64,000 nucleotides of DNA from an uncultured Chloroflexia bacterium (GTDB lineage: Bacteria; Chloroflexota; Limnocylindria; Limnocylindrales; CSP1-4). The position numbers and the translations under genes are program-made. The notes under the pieces are model-generated. The model ran no database searches. It had not been told where the DNA came from and saw only the letters and a list, made by a program, of their open reading frames with translations. Positions 40,586 through 52,049 of the stretch are shown piece after piece (position 1 is the first letter of the stretch; each line of letters starts with the position of its first letter). The stretch spans positions 96,001 to 160,000 of the forward strand of contig CAVTHS010000007.1 of assembly GCA_963734535.1 (NCBI GenBank), read 5' to 3'.

Positions 40586-40897
40586 ATGCTTAGCGTGAAG
40601 ATCAGCACCAAGAACCAGATCGCGGTACCCAGCGAAGCGCGCAGGAAGCTCGGCCTGAAGGCCGGCGACCGCCTCGACGTCGACATCGAGGGCGACGTCA
40701 TCCACCTTCGGCGCCACGTCCCGGCCGGCGACCGCCTGTATGGCATCGGGGCGCACCTCGCGATGGCACAGATCCGGCGGAGCGGATCCGGGCGTGCGCG
40801 ACGAATGGGAAGCTGCCGCTGGAGGCGAGGACAGGTCGCGCGCGAATGCGGCGAGCACGGGCCGAGCCTGGGCGCGGTGGGCGAGGAGCAGCGGTGA
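40586..40897 (+). pseudogene. AbrB/MazE-family antitoxin, frameshifted
   Basis: VKISTKNQIAVPSEARRKLGLKAGDRL; the tail DGTDPAERIRA / RDEWE lies in two other frames. Confidence 0.75.
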
Positions 40898-41333
40898 CCA
40901 TCGACGAGCTTGCCGCGCGACATCGACGGATCTCCGTCGACGCGAACGCCTTCGTGTATCTCTTCGAAGCCGGAGGTCCGCTCGCACGCGCGACGCGGTG
41001 ATCCTCGCCTGGCAGAGACGGGACGCGTGTCGATCGTTGTGGCGAGCATGGTGCTCGCAGAGATCGCCGTCGGCCCGGTGGCGACGGGTGACGAGGCGCT
41101 GGCCGAACGCTACGCACAGGCAGTGCGTGAGGTCCGGTCTCGACATCGTGCCTCTGACCGCCGAGATCGCCGTCGACGTCGCGTGTCCGTGGCCGCACCG
41201 CCTGGAGCTCGCCGATGCCGTCCACCTCGCGACCGCCAGGTACGCCGGGGCGACGGCGATCGTCACCAACGATGAGCGGATTCGCCCGATGCCGCGCTGG
41301 AGGTGATCCAGCTGGCCGAGCCTGATCGCCTGA
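40894..41333 (+). pseudogene. PIN-domain (VapC-like) toxin, multiply frameshifted
   Basis: ISVDANAFVY (GTG 40894), SMVLAEI, IVPLTAEIA and LADAVHLATA...IVTND are spread over different frames. Confidence 0.75.
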
Positions 41334-41350
41334 TCCTGCTCGCCCGGGTC

Positions 41351-41885
41351 TCAGTCGGTCCGGCGCCCCAGCGACCTCCCGAGCCACCCGGCGACAACCC
41401 CGCCGCCCAGGCCGATGACCAGTCCAGTCAGGTTGTCGACGACATCAGCGCTCTCGCAGGCGCGGTCGAGCACCGGCAGCAGCAGCTGGATCGTCTCGAT
41501 CGCGAAGGGCAGCGCGATCGCCGCGATCACGACGGCCGCGGTGCGACGAGACCGAGGCAAGCAGGCCAATCGTCACGCCAAGCGGGATGAACATGAGCAC
41601 GTTGACGCTCGTGTCGTTGAGGCGGAGGAGCTCCCTGAGCGGCGCCAGCCCGATCCTCGAGAAGTCGCAGGAGGACGAGCCCTGGGCGCCAAATGCCAGC
41701 GCCTCCCACTGCGGCGTCATGGTGACCGCCAGGATGACCCCGAGGCTCAGGACCATGAGCCACGCGACGGGCCGCGCCACCCGCAAGGTTCGCCCGACGG
41801 CGCCGCTCGCCACGGTGCTGACGACCAGCGCGATCGCGATGCCGGGCAGGAGCCAGGGGAGCACCTGGGAATGATGAAGGCTCAT
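41351..41885 (-). CDS. VanZ family membrane protein (frameshift near 41560)
   Basis: NVLMFIPLG, then in another frame IETIQ...SADVVDNLTG. Confidence 0.75.
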
Positions 41886-41915
41886 GCCGGCCCGCGCGCG
41901 GCGCGGCGCCCAGCG

Positions 41916-44004
41916 TCAGACGACCGCTTCGTGCGGCTTCACGACGGAGAGCCGGCCTGGTTCGGCCGATGCGAACGGGTCCGCGTCCGCCGCTTGCACG
42001 GCCGGACTCGCGACCGGCCGCTCGATGCCACCCACGTAGCTGAGGAGCGCGAGGCGCAGGGCGCCTTCGTTCGCGCCGGAGGCCATCGCCAACAGCTGCT
42101 GGACATGCTCCCGGACGTCCACGGAAGACGGTGGCGCGATGGCACGCAGGACCTTGGCGCTGGCGGTCGGCTCCACCAGCTCTGCGTCGTAGAAGAGCTC
42201 CTCGTGGAGCTTCTCGCCCGGGCGGAGGCCGACTGTCTCGATCGACTGGGTCTCCGGATCGCGCCCCGCGAGCCGGACCAGGTCATGGGCGAGGTCCATG
42301 ATCCGGACGGGCTCGCCCATGTCGAGCACGAACAGGTCGCCGTTTCGGCCGAGCGCGGCTGCATCGAGGATGAGCCACGATGCCTCGGGGATCGTCATGA
42401 AGAAGCGCGTCATGTCCGGGTGCGTGATCGTGAGCGGCTCGCCGTTCTCGAGCTGGTCCTGGAAGATCGGGACCACGCTTCCCGTGGACCCCAGGACGTT
42501 CCCGAACCGGACGGACACGTACGGGCGCCCCGTGCGCCGGGCCGCGTCGGCCACCAGCATCTCGGCGATCCGCTTGCTGGCCCCCATCACGCTGGAGGGG
42601 CGGACCGCCTTGTCGGTGGAGACGAAGACGAAGCGCTCGACCCCGGCGGCCGCGGCCGCGTCGAGCATCACCAGCGTGCCGCCGATGTTGACGTGCGCCG
42701 CGTCGGACGGATGCTCCTCCATCATCGGGACGTGCTTGTAGGCGGCCGCGTGGAAGATCACGTTCGGGGCCTCGGCGGCGACCATTCGCTCCATCGCCGC
42801 GCGGCTTGCCACGTTCGCCAGGTGAATGCGCAGCTCGCCGCTCCCCTTCTTGTGGCTCCGCTGCGTCTCGAGGTCGCGCTGGATGAGATACAGCGGGCTC
42901 TCCGCCCGATCAACCAGGATGAGCCGGCGTGGCCCCAGGGCGAACACCTGCCGAGCGAGCTCGGACCCGATCGAGCCGCCCCCGCCGGTGATCAGCACCG
43001 TCCTGTCCCGGATGATCTCCTCGACGCCCGCGGCATGCTCCGTCACCATGGGGCGGCGCAGCAGGTCCTCGACGCGCACACGGCGGACGCGGTTGGCATC
43101 GATGCTGCCGTCCATCAGCTTCGTCATCGACGGGACCGTGCGGACCTCGAGATGGAGGGCGAGAGCAGCTTCGACGATGCGCCGGACCGCCGGCCCTGGG
43201 GCTCCCGGCATCGTGATGAGAAGAGTCCGGGCGCCCGTCTCGGACACCGCGCGCGGCATTGCGGCCAGGCCGCCGTAGACGCGGATTCCGGCAACCGTGC
43301 CGCCGGCCAGTCCGGGGTCGTCGTCGAGGAACCCGACCGGCACGACGCCCGAGCGCGGATCGCGCAGCGCCGACCTTGCCAGCGTCACGCCCGTGTGGCC
43401 GGCACCGAAGAGGAGCGTCGCTGGCCGATCGGCCCTGGGGCCGAACCTCCAACGCCTGGCAGGTTCGAAGGCAGCCCGAATGCCGAATCGGACGCCACCG
43501 AGGATCGCGACACTCAGGAGTGCCTCTGCCAGCCAGAACGAACGCGGGAATCCTTCGGGCCAGGCGGTGCCGGCGATCCACGACGCACCGTAGAAGATGA
43601 CCACCGAGACGAGGGACCCGAGGGCCACCGCTGCCACGATTCGCTCGAGATCCGGGACGCTCGCGAAACGCCAGCGACGGCTGTACAGGCCCAGCCTGGA
43701 TGTCGACGATCGTGCGGACCGCAAGAAGCAGGCCGACGACCACGGGAAAGGCAGGGAGAGAGAACGGGCCGCTGAGGCGATCAAACCGAAGCGCAAGCGC
43801 GAGATACGCGGCGACGATGATCCCCACGAGATCGATGGCGAGGAGGTATCGCCCTCGAACCTCGGCCGCAAATCGGAAGACCCTTGGGTCTGGTGGCGTG
43901 GCGGCGAATGCTCTGCTCCGCCCCGCCCGGCGGCGGCTCGGACAGCGGGTGGCTCGCCAGCGGCGAATGCCGGTTCGAGCGTCGGACGGCCAATGTGCCC
44001 CCAA
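41916..44004 (-). CDS. CapD/WbpM-like nucleoside-diphosphate-sugar dehydratase (frameshift near 43697)
   Basis: N-terminal TM segments in ORF 42910..44004; GGGGSIGSE, HAAAYKHVP, STDKAV, MGASK, VRFGNVLGS, GLRPGEKLHEEL. Start is uncertain. Confidence 0.88.
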
Positions 44005-44338
44005 GATGCCGGGCCTGCCGGATCAGCGGCGAGAGCCGCGACTACGCGGTCCGGTGCTGCGGACACCCCCTCAGCACTCGCGGCTCGCTCGGACCCCGAA
44101 CAGTACGGCAATCGGCCCCCCCTGCCTAGTACGAATTGCCAGCGTCGTGTCCAATTCGTTGACGTCTGGTGCCCCTGGGCACCAGCACGCTATCGCGACG
44201 GCTACACAGGTGGCGACGTCATGGCCCAGCTGCCCTTGGCTGGCAGACTCGGCCCGCAGGCGTAGCGGTGACCTGAGTCGGGTAGCCTCATCGAGGCAGG
44301 CCGAGGTGGACTGCCTCAGGCGCCGCGCGCTCGAGGGG

Positions 44339-45698
44339 TCACGTCGCGAGACGCCCGGGCGACACCCAACCTGCTCCGAGAAGCAGGACCGGTTTCTCCC
44401 GAGTGACCCACTTCCGCGATGAGCCCACAGTGTCCACAATCAGCCTGACGCGTTCGTAGACGTATCCCCAGTCAACGGCGCGATGGTGGACACCAGGGCG
44501 ACAAGGACATCGGATTCGTCCACCAGCGTCACGAGATCCCTGCTCAGGAACTCCTCGCGGTCGGCACTCGAAAATCGCGGAACGTGTGGATCGTGGTACT
44601 CGACCCCGGCGTTGCGAGCCCGGAGCAGGGCTATGACCTCGGCTGCGGGCGAGTTCCTCAGGTCGTGAACATCGGGCTTGAACGCCGTTCCGATCACCCC
44701 GACACGAGAGCCCTTCAGCGCTTGGCCGCGCGAGTTGAGGGCCTCCGCAACAAGATCCGCGACGTGGCGAGGCATCGACATGTTGATGTCGCCGGCCAGC
44801 TCCACGAAGCAGTCGACAAACCCGAATTGGCGGGCGCGCCATGCCAGATAGTATGGATCGACCGGATGCAGTGTCCGCCAACGCCCGGGCCGGGGCGGAA
44901 TGGCATGAACCCGAACGGCTTCGTCGCCGCAGCGTCGATCACCTCCCATGCATCGAGTCCCATCCGCTCGCAGAGCAGGGCGAGTTGGTTCACGAGGGCG
45001 ATATTGACGGTGCGAACAATGTTCTCGTGGAGTTTCGCGAGCTTGGCCACGTCCGGCGACGAGACCTCGACGATCTTCGCGTTGATACGCCCGAACAAGG
45101 CGGCCGCTCTCGCCGTGGATCGGGCCGTCACCCCGCCGATGAGGCGGGGGACGTCGCGGCCTGCGCTCGCCGGATCGCCAGGACTCACGCGCTCGGGAGC
45201 AAAGGCCAGGTCGTAGTCCGTGCCGGCTCGGATCTCCATCCCGGCTTCGAGCGTCTTGCGAAAGACCCCGACCGTCGTCCCCGGGAAGGTCGTCGGCTGA
45301 AGTACGACGAGATGCCCGGATCGCAAGCCCGATCGAGCAAACGAAGCGGCCTCCAGCACAGGGCCCAGGTCGGGCTGACGAGCGGCGTCCATCGGAGTCG
45401 GGACGCAGACGATCACGGCATCGGCTGACTCGACCACGCTGCTGTCGAGGCCTCGAAGGTCCAGGTTTCGGCCGAGCCATTTGGCGAGGCGGGCGTCGCT
45501 CACGTCGTCGATCGGTGAACGACCTGCTCGTAGATCCTCAATTCGGCGGGTGTTGACATCAAGGCCCACGACTGACAGGCCTGCCTCAACAAAGCTCAAC
45601 GCCAGCGGCAGCCCAACGTAGCCAAGTCCGAGGACCACGATTCGTGCGTCCGACGGCAGCGTGGACGACCGGTCAGTCGCGCTGAGACTACCCACCAT
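44339..45698 (-). CDS. Nucleotide-sugar dehydrogenase (WbpA/WecC-like), frameshifts near 44870 and 44490
   Basis: GLGYVG, CVPTP, PERVSPG, GVGGHC, then PVDPYYL and FKPDVHDLRNSP in the next frame. Confidence 0.85.
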
Positions 45699-45782
45699 AC
45701 TTCCGTCTTACCGCCGGTCCCGGAGGGTGAGTGACCTCGGTGGCGCTCCCACCTGGCCCAAGGGTTATCATCTTCAAGGATC

Positions 45783-46259
45783 GTGAGAACTCGACCAGAC
45801 GAATTGGACGTTCCTGCCTGCCCGCACCTTGGGCTGGCGGCCGATCGCCGCAGTCGCTTCACGTATCCGCACCCGGGTCACCGCTGCTTCGTGAAGGATC
45901 GACCGGCCGTCGCCGACCCGGTCCGCCAGGCGACCTACTGTCTCAACAGCCGCTACGCGGAATGCGATCGCTACCGCGCGCGACACGGCCCGGCGCTGGG
46001 GGGCGGGAGGCCGGTATCCCGGGCGATCGTTCCTGAAGCCGGTGTCAAGGAGTTCCGGGTCCGTGTCGTCCGCGCCGGCGAGTCTCTGGCCGGGATCGCC
46101 GCCGACCTTGGCCTGGATGCGGACGTGCTCGCGACGGCGAACGGGATCTCCTCCACCGACGCGGTCGCGGAGGGCGTTCGCCTCGTAATCCCCCTCGCTC
46201 CCACTTCTCGAGCTGCGAGTCGAACACACGACGAACGGCGGGCGGATAGGTCGGGTTGA
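45783..46259 (+). CDS. LysM-domain protein with an N-terminal Cys/His motif
   Basis: VVRAGESLAGIAADLG...LATANGI...GVRLVIP; N-terminal CPHLG...HRC...YCL...EC. Confidence 0.75.
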   Translation: MRTRPDELDVPACPHLGLAADRRSRFTYPHPGHRCFVKDRPAVADPVRQATYCLNSRYAECDRYRARHGPALGGGRPVSRAIVPEAGVKEFRVRVVRAGESLAGIAADLGLDADVLATANGISSTDAVAEGVRLVIPLAPTSRAASRTHDERRADRSG

Positions 46260-46360
46260 CGACCGCGAGGACCTTGACGATGATTTCGGGACAAGTAGAC
46301 GCAGCGCCAGTCGCGGTCCCGCACAGTGCCCTGGAATCCCGGCGCAGAGAGTGAGACTGA

Positions 46361-47965
46361 GTGGATCTAAGGCGCCAGATCGCCATCGTTCGGGCCTGGC
46401 TCCCGCTCATGGTTGCGTCGGTCGTTGTCGCTGCCAGCGTGGCGTTCGTCGTCAGCAGCCAGCTGCCAAAGACGTACGAATCGAAAGCGACGCTCATCGT
46501 CGGTCAGTCGCTTTCGGCCATGAACCCGGGCATTTCGCAGATCCAGGTCTCGCAATCCCTGGTCCCGACGTATGCCGCGGTGGCCACCACGCGGCCGATC
46601 CTCGACGCCGTGATCACGAAGCTCGATCTGCACATGACATCAGAGGAGCTTCTCAAGCAGGTCCGGGCAGATGCTCCGTTGAACAGCACCCTCATGTTCA
46701 TCCTGGCCGAGGACCCTGAGCCGGCCCGGGCTGCAGCCATCGCCAACGCGTTGGCCGAGCAGCTCATCGCGGTGTCGCCTGCGGTCCAGGGCCCACAGGC
46801 GGAGTTCGAAGCCTCCATCGAAGGGGAGCTGAAGGCGACGCAGGATCAGATCGCGACGACCCAGGCGCAGGCTGAGGTGCTGAGCGCGCTACCCAGCCGG
46901 ACAGCACAGCAGGAAGCGGATTTGACAACGCTCCAAGGGAGGCTTGTCAGTCTCCGATCGACACAGGCGAGCCTTCTGTCCTTCTCTGCGAGCCAGGCAT
47001 CCAGCCTGCTCACGGTCATCGAACCGGCCGTAGCGTCGGTCGCGCCGATCTCGCCACGACCGCTGCTGAACGCGCTCCTCGCTGCAGTCCTCGGCCTGCT
47101 CATTGTCGTCGGTCTTGCTTTCTCAGCGGAGTACTTCAACGACTCGATCAAGGACGCTGATGCGGTCCAGCAGGCGTCCAGTCTGAGCGTGCTGGGGACG
47201 ATCCCGCGTATGAAGGGCGACGGGGCTCGCAGCGAGATATACAGGCTCGCCACCCTCCTGTACCCGCACTCTGGAGCGGCGGAGGCATACCGAACACTTC
47301 GGACGAACATCGATTTCTCCTCGGTTGACGCGCCGATTCGAACCCTGCTCGTGACAAGTTCGATCCCCGGTGAGGGCAAGACTACGACGGCGGCGAACCT
47401 GGCGGTCGTGTTTGCGCAGGCAGGCCGCCGCGTCCTCCTGGTGGACGCCGACCTCCGAAAGCCGGGCGTTCACCTGGTCTTTGACCTGCCGAACAACTTC
47501 GGGCTCACGAGCATGCTGCGCGACGAGCGGCTGGAACTCGAGGGCGTTTCGCAGGCGACCGAGCAGGACAACCTTCGAGTGCTCACCACGGGTCCGCTGC
47601 CGCCCAATCCCGCCGAGCTTCTCGGATCCCAGCGGATGCGCGCGGTCGTTGAGCGACTGAAGTCCGGGACGGACCTGATGGTCGTCGACAGCCCACCACT
47701 CCAAGCGGTCACGGACTCCGCGATTCTGAGCTCGTTCCTGGACGGGACCCTCTTTGTGATCGATGCTCGGCGAAGCCGCAGACGCACCGTTCGCCTGGCG
47801 GAAGGGGCGCTGGTCCGAGCCGGCGCGAACGTCGTGGGTGCTGTTCTCAACCGGATCCCGGAGAAGGCCCGCGAGGATTATGCGCCGTACTACGGGGCGA
47901 GCTTCGGTTCTGAGACGATGACCGAAAACAAGGTGGCAGGGAGCAGTACCCCGACGCTGCCCTAG
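46361..47965 (+). CDS. Polysaccharide biosynthesis tyrosine autokinase (Wzc-like co-polymerase/BY-kinase fusion)
   Basis: Two TM segments, PISPRP, EAYRTLRTN, PGEGKT, VDADLRKP, VVDSPP, C-terminal YAPYYG. Confidence 0.93.
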   Translation: MDLRRQIAIVRAWLPLMVASVVVAASVAFVVSSQLPKTYESKATLIVGQSLSAMNPGISQIQVSQSLVPTYAAVATTRPILDAVITKLDLHMTSEELLKQVRADAPLNSTLMFILAEDPEPARAAAIANALAEQLIAVSPAVQGPQAEFEASIEGELKATQDQIATTQAQAEVLSALPSRTAQQEADLTTLQGRLVSLRSTQASLLSFSASQASSLLTVIEPAVASVAPISPRPLLNALLAAVLGLLIVVGLAFSAEYFNDSIKDADAVQQASSLSVLGTIPRMKGDGARSEIYRLATLLYPHSGAAEAYRTLRTNIDFSSVDAPIRTLLVTSSIPGEGKTTTAANLAVVFAQAGRRVLLVDADLRKPGVHLVFDLPNNFGLTSMLRDERLELEGVSQATEQDNLRVLTTGPLPPNPAELLGSQRMRAVVERLKSGTDLMVVDSPPLQAVTDSAILSSFLDGTLFVIDARRSRRRTVRLAEGALVRAGANVVGAVLNRIPEKAREDYAPYYGASFGSETMTENKVAGSSTPTLP

Positions 47966-48065
47966 CGTGATGGGAAGGCCCGAGACCGAAGCGTTGTCCC
48001 ACGGGGCAGGATGATGACCAACCGTCCCAATCGGCGACGCTCACGTCAGTTCGAGGAGAAGTGAC

Positions 48066-48677
48066 GTGGACTCGAAGCGGACGCTTGACCTCGTGGTCGG
48101 ATCGCTCGGTCTGGCGTTGGCCAGCCCGATCCTGGCAGGGATCGTCGTGGCAACCAGGTTGTCCCGAGATCCGGGCCCTGTCATCCACCGCGCCAACCGG
48201 GTCGGTCAGGGCGGCCGGGTGTTTACCGTCCTCAAGATCCGGACGATGGTCATCACCACCGGAGGGCCGCGGCTCACGGGACACGACGATCCCCGCGTGA
48301 CGCCCATCGGCAGGTTCCTCCGTCGCTACCGCCTCGACGAGCTGCCCCAGCTGATCAATGTCGTACGCGGTGAGATGTCACTCGTCGGCCCGCGTCCCGA
48401 GGACCCGGCATTCGTTGATCTCGCGAACCCGCTCCACCGGAAGGTCTTCACGGCGAAACCGGGCATCACGGGCCTTGCGCAGCTCCAGTTTCACGATGAA
48501 GCGCAACTGCTGGCCGGCGTCGACCCTGAACGACGTTATCGAGAGGAGATCCTGCCGGCGAAGCTTCGGCTGGACGCGGAGTACCTGGATCGCCGCTCCA
48601 CGCTCCTCGACCTGCAGATCCTCCTCCGGACGGTCGGAGCGGTCTTCGGCCGGCACGTCTCGCCGCTCGCGCGCTGA
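48066..48677 (+). CDS. Bacterial sugar transferase (priming phosphoglycosyl transferase)
   Basis: KRTLDL, KIRTM, DDPRVT, LDELPQL, MSLVGPRP, KPGITG. Confidence 0.93.
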   Translation: MDSKRTLDLVVGSLGLALASPILAGIVVATRLSRDPGPVIHRANRVGQGGRVFTVLKIRTMVITTGGPRLTGHDDPRVTPIGRFLRRYRLDELPQLINVVRGEMSLVGPRPEDPAFVDLANPLHRKVFTAKPGITGLAQLQFHDEAQLLAGVDPERRYREEILPAKLRLDAEYLDRRSTLLDLQILLRTVGAVFGRHVSPLAR

Positions 48678-48939
48678 GCTGCGGCGCAGCCGATCGCGCG
48701 CGTGGTCGGGCCCCGCCGAGCTTTCGCGATTCGCCACCTGCTCGAGCACCCTGCCCGCGTCACCGACCGACGGGTTGCTCGGCTTCCGGGGCGCGAAGCA
48801 GCGCCATCGCGGACCGGATCAGCCCGTATACCGGCGCCCGCCTCCCGGGCACGATACACGGCCCGTCCGAGGGCGATTGACTGGGCGAGGCAGGTCGGCC
48901 TCACGCAACCTGGGCACGAAACGCAAGCGGCAAAGCGTA

Positions 48940-49415
48940 GTCTTCAGCGGAGCTCGGTCGGTCTCGTCGCTCGTTCTCGTCGCGGCCGTCCTCATGGCCT
49001 TGGTCGCCTCCTGCACGCCCGCCGGGATCCTGTCCGTGGCCGGGGTCGTCCCCCCGGCGAACGCCGCCGGGCCGACAACCCGCAGCTTCACCGATTCCTC
49101 GGCACGGACGACCGCTAACGGCGCCGCGCCGAAATGCTGGCCCCGAGAGCTGGCGTCACGCTCTCGAGTTGCCAGGACAAGGTCGCGATCTCGGGGCCCA
49201 CGAACCCGACCTCGGGTCGCTTCTCGCCCGATGGCCGCATCTCCGTGGCGCAGAAGATTGGCCCGCTACTCGCGTACGCCAGCCTCACCGATGCGAGCCC
49301 CGTGGTGTTCGCCGACCTGCGCATGAACGTGGACGATCACTGGGATCGGGCAGGTGGTACGTTGTGGTGGGTTCGACAGCCGAATCAGCACCGAGTACCG
49401 GTGGATCCTCGGTGA
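48940..49415 (+). pseudogene. Possible degraded lipoprotein gene fragment
   Basis: Hydrophobic stretch ending in the lipobox-like LVASC in one frame, protein-like ORF 49134..49415 in another; no clear start. Confidence 0.3.
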
Positions 49416-49519
49416 GGCGAAGGGCTGGTCGCGACTCCAAGCATGAGGGCTGGACGTGTCGGCCAGTGTCCCGAACCCAGAGAACCGACGACGAATCCCT
49501 ACCTCCTGGACATGATTCG

Positions 49520-50719
49520 GTGGCCACTTTCGTGACTGAGACAGGTCCGTCGGGGTCGATCAGGGAGGGACTCCCCGAGGTCCTGATCGTCGCCGAGGAC
49601 GGTGACGCAGGCGGGATCGGCCGCTACTGCGTCGATCTGGCGGCGCTGCTCGGGGCACGCGCCCACGTCGTCTGCCTCTGCCCGACCGTGTGCGAGGCTC
49701 GATGCTGGCTCGCCGACCAGTGCGCGACCCGCGGCGTGGCGCTCGTCCGCGTCCCGATGCCGTCACGCGGATGGAGGCGTGGACTGGTCGGCCTGGCCCG
49801 AGTCTGGAGGTCGAACCGGCGACCCGCGGTTCACGTCAACGGGCGGCGCGGTAATTTCCTGTCGCTGGCAGCCCGAGTGTCGATGCCGGGTTTCCGCTAT
49901 GTCACGACCGCCCACGGTGTCCTCGGGCTCCACGCCCGCCGGAACGTGCTCTATCGCGTCGTCGACTTGGCGGCTTCGCGTGGCGCGACCAGGGTGATCG
50001 CGGTGAGTGACGACACGCGACGACGGCTGGTCAGGGCCGGCAGCCCGGGCGGCAGGACGGTCGTCATTCTCAACGGCCTCGGCGAGGCGGAGCTGCGAGC
50101 GTACGGTTCGGTGGCCGAACGGCGGCGGCCGGCCCAGGGTCCGCTCCGGGTGGGGTTCCTGGGCCGGCTGAGCCCGGAGAAGGGCACCCGCGAGCTGCTC
50201 GAGGTCGCCCGCGGCCTGCTGGCGGAGGATACGTCGTCGACGCTCGCGATCGCGGGCGACGGTCCGGACCGGGCGTGGCTGGAGAACGCCGCGCGGGCGC
50301 TGACGGCGACCGGCCGTCTCTCCTGGGAGGGCGCTATCCGGGATGTAGCGGGATTCTTGTCCAGCGTCGATGTCCTGGTCATGCCGTCTCACAACGAGGG
50401 CCTGCCGTACGTCCTCCTCGAGGCGATGGCCGCTGGCTGCGGGGTCGTCGCCTTCCGCGTCGGCGGGATCCCCGAGGTCGTCGCAGACGAGTCGATGGGC
50501 GTCCTGGTCGACCCAGGCGACGTTCGGGCTCTCGTGCGCGCGGTCGTGGAGCTCGCCGCGGATCCGGTCCGGGTGCGTTCGCTCGGGCGGGCCGCAGCCG
50601 CCCACGTCCACGCCCACTTCGCATTGCACGATCGCCTCCCCCTCCTGGCGCGAGCGTACGGCCGCGAGTTGGCGGCGACCGGGACGAGGGAAGCAGCCTC
50701 CGTCGACCAGGCCGGTTGA
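49520..50719 (+). CDS. GT4 family glycosyltransferase
   Basis: GGIGRY, TAHG, GRLSPEKG, EGLPYVLLEAMAAG. Confidence 0.9.
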   Translation: MATFVTETGPSGSIREGLPEVLIVAEDGDAGGIGRYCVDLAALLGARAHVVCLCPTVCEARCWLADQCATRGVALVRVPMPSRGWRRGLVGLARVWRSNRRPAVHVNGRRGNFLSLAARVSMPGFRYVTTAHGVLGLHARRNVLYRVVDLAASRGATRVIAVSDDTRRRLVRAGSPGGRTVVILNGLGEAELRAYGSVAERRRPAQGPLRVGFLGRLSPEKGTRELLEVARGLLAEDTSSTLAIAGDGPDRAWLENAARALTATGRLSWEGAIRDVAGFLSSVDVLVMPSHNEGLPYVLLEAMAAGCGVVAFRVGGIPEVVADESMGVLVDPGDVRALVRAVVELAADPVRVRSLGRAAAAHVHAHFALHDRLPLLARAYGRELAATGTREAASVDQAG

Positions 50720-51891
50720 TGCGGGTCGTCGTCGTCGATCTCCTCTGCAACTCGCCGTACAACTGCTCCGCGCTCGTGCGCGGACTCCGCGACGCGGGCG
50801 TCGAGGCGGAGCTGGCGAGCCCTGCGTTCTATCTCGAACCGCAGTACCTGGACGACACGCCGCGCCCGACATGGATCACGGACCTCGCGATCCACGCGAG
50901 TCATCCGCGAGCGCTACGGCTGGCCAGCCGGTCCGTCGAGGCCTCGCTGAATGTTACCCGGCTGCTCGCCCGAGTTGCCGCCGGCGCGTACGACGTTGTC
51001 CACGTCCAGTGGATCCCGTTTGAAGAGCGCTCGTCAACGTTTATGGGTCTGCTCCGGCGTCGCTGTGACGCCACCGGCACCCTCCTGGTCCACACCGCCC
51101 ACAACGCGGTTCCCCACGATCGGCCGCAGACCGACCTGGCTGCGATCCGGCGGAACCTTGACTTGGCGCATCTCCTCGTCGCCCAGACTGATCACGTCTC
51201 CGCGGATCTCGCCCACCTGATCCGCACCGTCACGCCGATCGAGGTCATCCCCCTCGGTCCGCTCTTCGTGGATCGCGAGCTTCCCGACCGCGCCGCCGCC
51301 GCCGCCCGCCTCGGGATTCGGCCCTCCGTGCCGATCGTCCTCTTCCTGGGACTGCTCCGGCCGTACAAGGGACTGGACCTCCTGGCCGAAGCCTGGCCGG
51401 TGGTGAGGGCCGCGATCCCGGAGGCGCGTCTCTTGGTTGTCGGCAGGCGCGGCGATCGCGGCGTCGAAGCCGACCTCGGTCGACTTCGACGCCAAGCGGG
51501 GATCCGTGTCGAGGAACGGTACGTTTCCGTGCAGGCCATGCTCGACTACCACGCCGTAAGCGACGTCGTCGTCATGCCGTATCGTCGCATCTCGCAGTCG
51601 GCGGCGCTCATGACTGCCATCGGCCTCGGGCGTCCGACCGTGCTGACCCCGCTCGATGGGCTCGTGGAGCAGGTTAGGGGTATCGAGTCGGCGGTCGTAG
51701 CGGCCGAGGTCAGCGGCCCCGCGGTTGCCAGCTCGATCATTTCAAGCTTGCAGCGCGCGGACGAGCTCGCTCGAGCCGCAGCCCAGGATCGCGAACGGAT
51801 CGCCAACGCTTCGTTCAGCTGGCCAAGCGTCGGGAGGGCGACGGTAGATGCCTACGAGCGCGGCCGACGCCGGATCGGGGCCCGGGCCTGA
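50719..51891 (+). CDS. GT4 family glycosyltransferase
   Basis: HVQW, TAHNAVPH, GLLRPYKGLD, PYRRISQSA; TGATG coupling to the previous gene. Confidence 0.9.
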   Translation: MRVVVVDLLCNSPYNCSALVRGLRDAGVEAELASPAFYLEPQYLDDTPRPTWITDLAIHASHPRALRLASRSVEASLNVTRLLARVAAGAYDVVHVQWIPFEERSSTFMGLLRRRCDATGTLLVHTAHNAVPHDRPQTDLAAIRRNLDLAHLLVAQTDHVSADLAHLIRTVTPIEVIPLGPLFVDRELPDRAAAAARLGIRPSVPIVLFLGLLRPYKGLDLLAEAWPVVRAAIPEARLLVVGRRGDRGVEADLGRLRRQAGIRVEERYVSVQAMLDYHAVSDVVVMPYRRISQSAALMTAIGLGRPTVLTPLDGLVEQVRGIESAVVAAEVSGPAVASSIISSLQRADELARAAAQDRERIANASFSWPSVGRATVDAYERGRRRIGARA

Positions 51892-52049
51892 GAGCCCGCG
51901 ATCGAGATGGCAGAAGCTCGGCACGCTCCACGGAGTCGATCACTCGTCGCGATCCCGGGTAGAGTACTCACGCTTTGCTTTGAAGCTGGCGCCGCCGGCG
52001 GTCTCCAAGAGGCGCAAGCCGTGGCCCTGCAGGGGCCCGGCGCCGCCAG

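Noticed and set aside
51985-52025. GGTCTCCAAGAGGC segment resembling GEMM P3 upstream of the other beta-helix gene
   Set aside because: Lacks the GNRA-capped P2, the GCAAAG junction and the GCCGA end.
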